Assembly: GCA_951406725.2 (NCBI GenBank)
Contig: OX597839.1
Coordinates: 11,470,001-11,534,000, forward strand
Direction of reading: 5' to 3'
From: Octopus vulgaris
Lineage: Eukaryota
DNA length: 64,000 bases
The notes under the pieces were generated by a model. The model did no database searches. It saw only the letters and a list, made by a program, of their open reading frames with translations, and was not told the origin of the DNA. Numbering within the stretch: the stretch's first letter is position 1; each line of letters starts with the position of its first letter. The position numbers were made by a program, and so were the translations under genes. Shown here piece after piece: positions 53,504-64,000 of this stretch.

Positions 53504-53980
53504 CTTTATTTTATTGATCCCAGAGAGGGGCAAAAGACAATGTTGACTTCAGTGTGATTTAACCCTTTCACATTTGGATTACTCTGTCAAATATAATGGT
53601 TATTTATTCACATTGTTTTGAAATAATCAAGTATCATCTATTAGCTCGGAGATTTTCATGATGTGTTTTCTTTATTTTTAGTATGACATTGTAGGGTAGA
53701 TGTGAGGGATCTAGATAGTTTTGAATATAAAGCAGGTAGAATATTTAAGTCTGCTATGGTCAGTTCAAATGCTAAAGGATAGACACATAAAGTAATAAAA
53801 AACACCATGAGGTATTTTGTCAGCTGTTCTAGCAATTCTGCCAGTCCGTGAAGGGTTTCTAACTGAGGCATGAATTCACTATTTTGGGAGAGTATGGTTA
53901 CAGTCAGTAATGATAATTGTGGTAACCCTTTTCCTTTCTGTTATAAGCACAAGACCTGAAATTATGGGGGAGAGACCTAG

Positions 53981-54401
53981 GGATCTTTTCGGTTTGAACG
54001 GCAGTTTTTTAACATAATTTCCACGTAACTAAACACTTTTAAATTTCGTATACTGGTAGAATGTGTTTATAAAACATCTTTTTCTCTTGGCTTTATTGAG
54101 AGAATTCTATAGTTTGTAAGGTATTTGTTGGTTTTTTTCCCTTCAATTTCTGCAATTTCGACCAATCAATGACGTCTATTGAGGTAAAAAAAACATTCTG
54201 TGCCGTATGAATATGTCCCTCGTTTAAGAAACAGATTGGGTTTATTTACATTTGTGAAGAAAAAAAGATACCCTTCCCCCACCCCCACCCCTAACCCTAA
54301 AAGAGATTGAAATGCAATAGACCGATAATAGGGTCATAATTATGGGTGACAATTTCATATGACACCGCTAGAAAAAACTGCCAATCAAACCGAAAAGATC
54401 C
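53981..54401 (-). mobile_element. ~420-bp MITE copy 6, opposite orientation, nested in a SINE
   Basis: Same TIRs; internal CCCTAA repeats; 9-bp TSD gagacctag/gggacctag. Confidence 0.9.
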
Positions 54402-54675
54402 GGGACCTAGTCAATAACATGGACCCCAGTGCTCAACTGATACTTACTTTATTGAGCCTGGAATGATGAAAGGCTAAGTCAACCCCAGAATTTGAACTCA
54501 GAGCATTGAGACAGATGAAATGCCACTAAGCATTTCACCTGGCATCCTAATGATTCTGTCAGCTTGCCACCGTAATAATAATAAGAAGAAGAAGAATAAT
54601 CATAATGATGATGGTTTATTTTAGTGAAATAAAAGTGTGGGTTGGAGGACATTACAATGGCAAATAACACAAACG

Positions 54676-54972
54676 GTGGAGGCACATGGCCTAGTGGTTA
54701 GAGCAGCGGACTCGCGGTCGAGGGATCGCAGGTTCAAATCGCAGACTGGGCAATGTATGTGTTTATGAGCGAAACACCTAAGCTCCATGCGGCTCTGGCA
54801 GAAGGTAATAGCGAACTTCTGCTGACTCTTTCGCCACAACTTTCTCTCACTCTTTCCTCCTGCAACTACGATGGACCAGCGTCCTGTCCAGGTGGGGAAC
54901 CTATACACCAAGAAACCGGGAAACCGGCCCTTATGAGCCAGGCATGGCTCGAGAAGGAACAAACAACAACAA
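54676..54972 (+). mobile_element. SINE family B variant
   Basis: tRNA-like head, (AAC)n tail. Confidence 0.85.
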
Positions 54973-55615
54973 CAAATAATACAAAGGCAGTGTTTGTTTG
55001 AGTTATATTGATTGTGGAAAATCAACCTGAAATATTACCAATAGAAACTATTACAATAGACGAAAATAGGCCTAATCAGGAAACATCTTGTACTCAGTCA
55101 GGGAACAACCGTATGTTTTGTATATCCCAGACTGCCCTCACTACCAATGTATGGTCTCATGACCTTCAGGCTTATATTCAGAGCAGTCCCCCCCCCCATT
55201 CAATTCACACAAGCCATGCTCTCTAGTCTTCTCATTTTCCTCTTTAAGTGGTACTTGAAGTAATTGATGAAGGCTTGGCTGAAGAGGAAAAGAGCTTGGT
55301 CCTTAGTCCTCTGTGTTGTGTTGCTCACTATATACAACCCTCTTAATGCAGTCTATTTGAATGAATTATAGGTTCATGTTTCATCAGTGCTGACATCACC
55401 ATCCTACCAACCCCATCTCCGTTCGCATTGCCCACATCTTTCTCGAGTGTCTTGCATTCTTCATTAATATTAGTATGCCATAAAAGACAGCGGTGCCCTT
55501 ACAGAACAGTAGTGCAACCTCTCTCTTGCATCCTTCTCGGCATATTTCAGAGGTCTTGTGAAAGTGCCACTTGTATACATGGTACATTGTGTGTTCTGGC
55601 AAAGTGAGAAGGGGT

Positions 55616-55617
<2 letters not shown>

Positions 55618-55664
<47 letters not shown>

Positions 55665-55971
55665 TTATATATATATATATATACACATTTATATATATAT
55701 GTATGTATGTATGTATATATGTATGTATGTATGTATATATATGTATGTATGTATATATATATGTATATATATATATATATGTGTATGTATATATATATCT
55801 CTATATATATATGTATTATGTATATATATATATATGTATATATATATGTATATATATATATGTGTATATATATATATATGTATATATGTATATATATATA
55901 TGTATGTATGTATATATGTATGTATATGTGTATATATATATATATGTATGTATATATATATGTATGTATAA

Positions 55972-56033
<62 letters not shown>
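55618..56033. repeat. (TA)n/(TATG)n/(CA)n compound microsatellite
   Basis: Read directly. Confidence 0.95.
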
Positions 56034-56036
<3 letters not shown>

Positions 56037-56792
56037 TATAATTTTTACTGCCTACCTACCTAACCATTTCTCTGTAAGTGGGGTGGGCTTGTGAAGGTAG
56101 TTGTAATGAGGTGTTATGCATAACATTACCAAATTACTAGAATTTCTCACCAGTCTTTCATTATAATGTCAACAATTTTTAGGGAGAGAATCACAAGCGA
56201 TGTGGGAAAAGAGGTATTTTGCTACAAGCTGCTTACTTAACCTCAGCTGTTTTTCTGGAGCCAAACTCTGCCTGCCTGACTCTTGTTTTTCAATATAGGT
56301 ATGTGTATGGGAATACTTGTATCTGTTTAATGCAGACTGTCAGGGAAAAAAAAAAAAAAAAAAAGGGATCTCAGTATCAAAAAGAGATAAATAATATACT
56401 TTCGTGGAGGTCGACTTTGCCTGTCATCCTTTTGGGGTCGATAAATTAAGTACCAGTTATGCACTGGGGTCAATGTAATCAACTTAATCCCTTTGTCTGT
56501 CCTTGTTTGTCCCCTCTGTGTTTAGCCCCTTGTGGGTAGTAAAGAAATAAATATACTTTATTTGGGTGGAGTTAGACCTGTGCCGCTCTGAATTTTACCT
56601 GTGTGTGCTCAGAATCTTCAGGCATATAGTCATAACTTGACTGAAGATTCTGATGCACCCACAAGTGAAACTCAGAGTAGCAAGAGCCTGACTTTACAAA
56701 ATAGTGTGTGTACAGCCTTAGCACTGAAACATGTTAAAGAATAAAAGTATATATATATATATATATTCCACATATTTGTTCTCTCTTATATT

Positions 56793-56834
<42 letters not shown>

Positions 56835-56842
<8 letters not shown>

Positions 56843-57141
56843 AATATAAGAGAGAACAAATATGTGGAAGCCCTTACGCTAGAAAGTGAACCGCATAGGT
56901 CTCAACCACTAAGGATTGGTCTCCAGAAAATTTAGCACCAGAAAACGTAAGCAAGCAAGACAAATGAAAAATAACAAAAATATAGATTAATCACAAACAA
57001 TTGTTTCACTATCAATAAATTACGTAATTTTACTTACACAACTTATCTGTAGATCTTCAGTGTGATCCTCTTTGCAAGATATAATTTGTAGAACTACACG
57101 CCAGATATCAGCACGAGGTCGAAAATGCATGTAGTTTCACC

Positions 57142-57143
<2 letters not shown>
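56835..57143 (-). mobile_element. (TA)n-embedded element with inverted terminal duplication (Penelope-like)
   Basis: (TA)n both sides; terminal 35 nt duplicated in inverted orientation at 56766-56800. Confidence 0.45.
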
Positions 57144-57201
<58 letters not shown>

Positions 57202-58677
57202 GACTGATAGATCTCAGACTTTAAAGAAAAAAATAAGTATTGGGGTCGATGTGTTTGACTGAAATCTTTCAAGGCAGTGCTCCAGCATGGCCACAGTTCA
57301 GTGACTGAAGCAAGTAGCAGAAAATAAAGATAAACATTATACACACATTCAGATACATGTATCTCCACACACACACTTTCTCTCTCTGTCTCTCTCTCTC
57401 CTATATATACCAGCTGCTGACCTTAGATATTAAACCACCATCAACTACTCAATGTAATCTACTTGCCTCTTTAGCTGTTGATTTATGGTTATTTGCAAGA
57501 AACGCATACAGCTGGCTATTAAATATTAGCATCTTTATTTTGTCACTGCCACATGTCTCAGAGGAAACGGTCTTGTATTACACTGACCTTCCAAAGGAAA
57601 TGGTCTTGTCTTGTACCAACCTTTTACATCACACCAACCATGCATAGGATTTGGTTTTATACTGCATTGACTTTGCAAAAGAAGTGATTTTGTCTTATAC
57701 CAAACAATACACAGCTTAAAGTTTCATGTGGTTGGGAAATAAACTTCTTACCACACCAGTGCCATATTTATTCGATTTTATTTACTTTGGCAGTAGGTGG
57801 TGCTTGGTTTTGGTCAGTGTAAGAACTACTGTTCTGGGTCACTTTAAAAAAAAAAAAACCAATCAAAAAAGGCGGTGCTCCAGCATGGCCACAGTCAAAT
57901 GACTGAAACAAGTAAAAGAGTAATTGATTGGCAAAAAACTCACTCTTGGACACATTATAACTGCTGGACAACTGACCTGTTGTAGTCTTCTTCTCTTTGC
58001 TTCTTCTGTCATTACTAGAGCAGCCTCTGCTCTTCTGAACTAGCAAGATGCCTACCAACCCCTCCCCCTCCCTCTCTCTCCTTGACCATCCTGTGCATCC
58101 TCTCATCATCCTTATGATGTCTAATTCTCACCCAAACCCAGCCCTTCCTCCCCACCACAATGCAGGCCACTGAAATTCAAACCCAACCCCATTGCCACCC
58201 ACATTGACCTATAAGGCTACTATAGAGGTCACAAGTACTATTCTCTCCTTTTCTTCTCTCTTACTAATTAATAGAAAGAAGAAAGAAGACTTCCTCCTCT
58301 TCCTCACTAATTAATATAAAGAAGTAAAGAAACTCACCCACCTCCTCTTCTTTAATTAATGTAAAGAAGAAAGGAAACCCTTGCTAGCAAATGCTTCTCA
58401 TTTGTCTTTGTTAACGCTAATTACTTCCATTGTATACAGTCTTTCTACATATATCCACTTTCTTCTCTCTTCTTTCTCTCTCTCTCTCTCTCTCTCTCAC
58501 CATACTCTCTCCCTTCTCCTTCCTCTTTCATCTCTTTCCTACTTTCAGCTAAACCCCTTCCATAGATGTCTGAACCCCTTTAACATTTAAACTGGCCATA
58601 TATTGAGCCCAAGACATTCTGCTTGTTTTGTGTTCCAAACAACCAGATCTGGCCCCTCAAACCTACCCTACAATGTC

Positions 58678-58830
58678 GATGCCAACAACCGCTCGGTTCA
58701 AAGTCTCTCTTGACCAGAAATGGCCTGAACTCTTTGTATGACCACCCTCCCTGTACATAACTCCCTGTCCCCCTACACGGCCTTGCTTTTGCTTTTTGAG
58801 CCAATAAAAATTGAATTGAATTGAGTTGAA
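58678..58830 (+). mobile_element. CR1/L2-like LINE 3' end
   Basis: ARFKVSLDQKW remnant, AATAAA, (ATTGA)n tail. Confidence 0.4.
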
Positions 58831-58834
58831 TAAA

Positions 58835-59100
58835 CAATTGCATCAACAAAATCATCGACACAGCAGTTGGGGGTTGGAAGAGTCCTTGTGACTGGCCCCA
58901 CACCAGATAGTTGGACACGATTCTGGAAGATCTCCAGGAGCTTGATGTTATTTTGGAGGACGCAGAGGGGCTGGCACAGGACTGCCATTGATGGAGAGCA
59001 CTAGTGGACCTGGTCAGCTCTATGCATGATGATATCTCTGAGACCATTAACCTGGGATTACCCCAACCCCACCAAGCAAGAGCATGAAGCCAAACCAAGT
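58835..59100 (+). mobile_element. RTE LINE 3' fragment
   Basis: GWKSPCDWPHTR*LDTILEDLQEL...EDAEGLAQDCH*WRALV resembles the RTE C-terminal motif. Confidence 0.6.
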
Positions 59101-59211
59101 CCTCAAAATCTCAAAGCTATGAGATAATGCATGATTAATTCTAAACAATGGGAATAAATAAGCAATATATTTGACAGAGCAATCTGAATGCCATGATAGA
59201 TCATTAGCCAC

Positions 59212-59372
59212 TACAGATTTTTTTTTCTCTCCTTGTTTTTTCTGTATCCCTTTCTGTAGAAGAGCGTAGGCTCGAAACATAAACGACTTTTTCTATTCCT
59301 GAGCATTATACTAATACATCTGTTTGTTTTGTACACCACCTGTCTTCATCTTTTGTTTTTTTCGTAAACTCT

Positions 59373-59375
<3 letters not shown>
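59212..59375 (+). mobile_element. Related Penelope-like element with variant hammerhead
   Basis: CTGTAGA-a-GAGC-gtag-GCTC-GAAACATA followed by TTCCTGAG as in 32202-32414; ends in (TA)n. Confidence 0.5.
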
Positions 59376-59417
<42 letters not shown>

Positions 59418-60319
59418 ACGCACACACATGTATATGTATAGAGTGTTTGACGTGGTGTACAGATATTGTATATTATGAAAAAGGAGGCAGTCAGAATTTT
59501 GTATAATCCTTCATCAGCGTTTTTGTTCGTTTACGAACTCATCAAGACAAAGTCAAAATAATGAAGACAGAACGTTTTGTTGTTCATTTATACGAATTGG
59601 ATGTTTCTTTTTTGGGTTTTTTTTTGGGGGGGGGGGAGAAAAAGAAGCAAAGCAGCAGGGAGGTAAAAATAAATATGTATATATATGTGTGTCTGTGTAT
59701 GTATGTATATGCATATATGTATGTGTGTATATGTGTACATGTGTGAATATGTATCTGTATACATACACACACAGCGTGTTTCTTTTAGTTTCTACCTACC
59801 AAATCCACTCACAAGATTTTGGTTGGTGCGGGTGAGGGGGTGGGGGCTATAGTAGAAGGCACTTGCCCAAGGTGCCACACAATGGGGGAGGGAGGGCGCT
59901 GACCCAGAACCATGCAATTGGGAAGTAAATTCTAAATTCTTACTATGCACCCACACCTGCACTTATATGCATATGCTGTAGGTTCTCCCGTTACAGTTGT
60001 GTCTATTTGTTCTTTGAAAGAGAAAGAAAGAAAGAAGGAAGGGAAAAAAAACGGAAAAGGAGTGTGGTGGTGGTGGGGGGGAGAACCGATTGTTTTCTCA
60101 ATAAAACTGATCTCTGGTGATTAGTGTAAGTAGATTAGAATCTGCTTTGATGTCTATAACACCTTCTAGCTTGGCTTAGCTTCAGCGGCCTTGTAATGAT
60201 AGCGTTGCTAAATTCATTATATTCCAGCAATTAAAGTGTTCGACATCAGTGTTGTTTTAGCATCTCAATGATTGCTTTGTGTGAATTGCTGCAATTTAAA
60301 ACTTAATTTGCCTGACTAG

Positions 60320-60355
60320 CACCACCATCACCAACAGCAGCAGCAACAACAGCAG
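60320..60355 (+). CDS. Candidate 36-nt microexon HHHHQQQQQQQQ
   Basis: acttaat...tgactAG acceptor; CAG|GTTTGA donor; symmetric phase 0. Confidence 0.25.
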
Positions 60356-60570
60356 GTTTGAGTACCTCTTTGTTTCCCTCCCTCTTTCTCTCACTTTCGG
60401 TTTCTCTCTTTCACTTTCTGTTTCTGTCTTTATCTCCTCTCTTTCTCTTTTTCTCTCTCTTTCCATATCTCTTTATTTGTCTGTCTGTCTGTCTCTCCAC
60501 TTTCATCTGGTTTGAAGAAGCAGCACCCTTAATTCTTAGCTGGTTGATGCTGTCAAAGAAAAACCATACA

Positions 60571-60623
<53 letters not shown>

Positions 60624-60707
60624 AAATATATATATATATACATACACACCCACACACAAGTTCGTAATATGTGTGTATTTGTGCGTGTGTGTATATATGT
60701 ATATATA

Positions 60708-60757
<50 letters not shown>

Positions 60758-60966
60758 TATATATATGTTTATATGTGTGTATATGTATGTACTGAAGTTC
60801 ATAGATTTGTGTATATGTGTGTGTGTCCATGTATATATATATATGTGTGTGTGTATCTCTCCCTGGTTGCTGGAGGCATTATCAGTTGAGCTCTGGATTA
60901 ATATCAAGTGTTCTAACATGGATATAAATAAAAATACTTAATCTTTTGTTGTTCTATTTTGAATAG

Positions 60967-61056
60967 AAGATAGGATTACCGGAGCTACTTAAAATAACGA
61001 CTGCTTCAGTTCGTGCTGGTGGTAGTGGTGGCGGTGGCGGTGGTGGTTGTGTAGAG
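60967..61056 (+). CDS. Candidate exon KIGLPELLKITTASVRAGGSGGGGGGGCVE (frame stays open to 61380 if the donor is skipped)
   Basis: cttaat branch-like motif, T-rich tract and taG acceptor at 60966; GAG|GTAATG donor at 61057; only phase 0 is open. Confidence 0.3.
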
Positions 61057-61416
61057 GTAATGTCGTTGCCTACTGCATTATTAATGTCACTGAGAGCCAA
61101 TTGTATAACCTGTTCGCCACTACTAGTACTTATGAATAAGTCCACATCACTAGAGGCCACTTATAGGCAAATCTGGTGCAGTTTATTTCATACCCATCTG
61201 AGAGTTACTTGTCAGCTTAACCTTGGAACTGAAATTTCGGCTAATCCACTGATCGTCCCGGTTGCAACTGAGGCCGTTTGTACTCGTCTCGGTCTTCGAA
61301 GCTGCTGTCTCAATGAAACAGCTTACAGGTCATCAACCCCAACGACAGGGAATCTCTTATGCAGTTACATAACCTGCTAGAAGCATTAGTCAAATCTCTT
61401 TTAAATCATACTATAC

Positions 61417-61720
61417 ATCATCATCATCATCGTTTAGCATCCGCTTTCCATGCTGGCATGGGTTGGACGGTTCAACTGGGGTCTGGGAAGCCTGAAGGCT
61501 GCACCAGGCCCAGGCTGATCTGGCAATGTTTCTATGGTTGGATGCCCTTCCTAATGCCAACCACTCCATGAGTGTAGTGGGTGCTTTTTACGTGGCAATG
61601 GCCACGATCGGATGGTGCTATTTTACGTGCCATCGGCACAGGTGTCAGATGAGGCTGGCAACGGTCACAATTGGACGGTGCTTTTTACGTGCCACCGGCA
61701 CAGGTGCCAGATGAGGCTGG
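61417..61720 (-). mobile_element. SINE-like family D with internal ~60-bp repeats
   Basis: Family core; GGTGCTTTTTACGTG module repeated three times. Confidence 0.75.
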
Positions 61721-61981
61721 TCACATCTTGTGTAATAATGGAGTCTGAAATATACTACATCAAAGACACACACACACACACACACACACAAAGTGATAGG
61801 ATGGGATGGTTATGGTTGGATTGTCGTGATTGATTGACTGTTTCCTGGTTACAGTCTCTAAAATTGGTTGTCCAGTATCATTCTGAATCTGTAGGAATCA
61901 AATATTGTTTGACCACAGGTCAGCCCTAAAACAGCTGACTATGGTCAGAGAAATCCCAACCACAACTGCCCCATCTGTTTC

Positions 61982-62007
<26 letters not shown>

Positions 62008-62012
<5 letters not shown>

Positions 62013-62775
62013 GTAAGAAGCTTGCTTCTCAACCACACGGTCTTGGGTTCAGTCCCACTGCATGCATCCTTGGGCAAGTGCCTTCTACTATAGCCTTGGG
62101 TCAACCAAAACCTTGTGAGTGGATTTGGTAGGTGGAAACTGAAAGAAGCACATCATGTATATGTATGTGTGTGTGTGTGTGTGTGTGTGTGCCTTTGTGT
62201 CTTTGTTTGTCCTCCCACCATTGCTTCTCATCCAATGTTGGTGTGTTTATATCCCTGTAACTTAGCAGTTTGGCAAGTGCAAGTCTTACAAAGAATAAGT
62301 CCTGGGGTCAATTTCTCCAACTAAAAACCCTTTAGGGCAGTGCCCCAGCATGGTCACAGTAAATGGCTGAAACAAGTAAAAGATAAAAGATGATAAGTAT
62401 AGGCAAAGGTATGGCTGTGTGGTAAGAAGCTTGCTTCCCAACGTCATGGTTCTAGTTCAGTTCCATTGTGTGGCACCTTGGGCAAGTGCTCTACTATAGC
62501 CCCAGGCCAACCAAAATCTTGTGAGTGGATTAGATAAATGGGAACCCTGCTGTATATGTGTATGTGTATTTGTGTGTTTGTCCCCACCACAACTTGACAA
62601 TCCAATGTTTGTTTGTTTGTGTACCCGTAACTTAGCGATTTGGCAAAGGAGACCAATAGAAAAAGTACCAGTTTTGCAAAATAATTTAGTGGGGTTGATC
62701 TGTTCAAGTAAAACCTTTCAAGCTGGTACCTCAGCATTGCCTCCTTCCAATGATTAAAGCAAGTAAAGGATAGAA
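62008..62775 (+). mobile_element. Two tandem diverged family A SINEs
   Basis: Family motifs occur twice. Confidence 0.7.
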
Positions 62776-63119
62776 GACATATTTTTATCCGGGACTACAT
62801 TGTCTAATAAATGAATCCCTTATTTTCAGACAGTAGGGTGTGAATTGAGGAGGATTAGGCTGCTATTTCTGACAGGTCAAACAAGCATGTCAAGGTTTAT
62901 GCATGAATCAGATCATTAGTTGTATGATGGCAGACTAACATTTCATTTGTGTGTCTTTTGTTTGGGCTGTGACAATGTCTGTTGTATTGTGATTCCCATA
63001 TCAGCTGATGCACCAGTGATCTCAACCATTCAGCACTAATGTATTGTGGAGAGTATCTTGATTTATTACTATTGCTGCTGTTGTTATCATTATTATCATT
63101 ATTGTTATTATGGTTGTTA

Positions 63120-63484
63120 TCTCTATATATATAAACGGCAAAATGTCTGTGTGTGTGTCCTTTATACAAATCCACAATTTTTCAGTTAGAGGACTTGCAC
63201 TTTCTATGGTCATTCAAAACCGTCCAAGGGTGGTCGTGCACATCTTTACATTTCCCCAGTCACCCCGCAAAGCCATTAAAAAAATCAATAGAAGTGACTT
63301 TTTTGTGAATTTTCTATCCAAAACCCAATCAAAATGCCCAAAACTTGATACGCCAATTGAATGCCAGCTAGCTGTATGTGATTGGTCGGCGATTTGGACA
63401 GTACTCACGTGTATGTGCACACGCACGCAGCTGTATGTGCATGCACTAGCACTATGACCCAGCATTTCCAGGTCATAGTGCTAG
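63120..63484 (+). mobile_element. Non-autonomous Helitron
   Basis: A|TC(TC)TATATATATAAA 5' end; 3' hairpin followed by CTAG|T; no TSD. Confidence 0.72.
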
Positions 63485-63696
63485 TTGTTAATATTATTGT
63501 CTAAGGCAGCAGGCTGACAGAATCATTAGCATGCTGGACGAGATGCTTAGCAGTATTTTGTCCATCTTTCATATTCCAAGTTTAAATTCTGCTGAAGTTG
63601 ACTTTATTTTTCATCCTTTGGGGGGGGGGGGGGTCAATAAAACAAGTAACAGTTGAGTACTGGGGTTGATGTAATCAATACCCCCACCCCTGAAAT

Positions 63697-64000
63697 GTTG
63701 TTGTTGCTTGTTCCTTCTCGAGCCATGTTTGGCTCATAAGGGCCGGTTCCCCAGTTTCTTGGCGTATAGGTTCCCCACCTGGACAGGACGCCAGTCCATC
63801 GCAGGTGAGCTGCAAGATGCAGGAGGAAAGAGTGAGAGAAAGCTGTGGCGAAAGAGTCAGCAGAAGTTCACCACTACCTTCTGCCGGAGCCGCGTGGAGC
63901 TTAGGTGTTTCGCTCATAAACACACACATCGCCCGGTCTGAGATTCGAACCCATGATCCCTCGACCGCGAGTCCGCTGCTCTAACCACTAGGCCATGTGC
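63697..64000 (-). mobile_element. SINE family B variant, cut by the window end
   Basis: Reverse complement of 54676-54972. Confidence 0.85.

Noticed and set aside
55385-55615. Coding exon in a unique island
   Set aside because: Open frames on both strands but no convincing splice pair or protein motif

Overview
Eukaryotic, AT-rich, repeat-saturated DNA. The SINE repertoire and (TA)n/(CA)n/(AAT)n/(CAT)n density suggest a coleoid cephalopod, most likely an octopus (inference from sequence style, not a database hit). The window appears to be mostly intronic sequence of one large + strand gene: two well-bounded phase-0 exons (24147-24461, 44933-45010) plus weaker exon candidates; I cannot name the product. 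The rest is four SINE-type families, several MITE families (a ~420-bp GG-terminal element with 8-9 bp TSDs carrying telomeric TTAGGG, plus mariner-, Tigger-, hAT- and piggyBac-like ones), a Helitron, RTE/R4/CR1-like LINE remnants and satellites. Nearly all ORF-track entries are microsatellite or SINE artefacts. The most notable signals are short (TA)n-embedded elements with hammerhead ribozyme cores (Penelope-like), a perfect 104-bp palindrome at the end of one such element, a TSD-flanked RTE LINE with a 5' inversion, the telomere-repeat MITE, long intronic inverted repeats and a homogeneous 27 x 30-bp array. Repeat boundaries were read by eye and are approximate unless TIR, TSD or splice sites are quoted.
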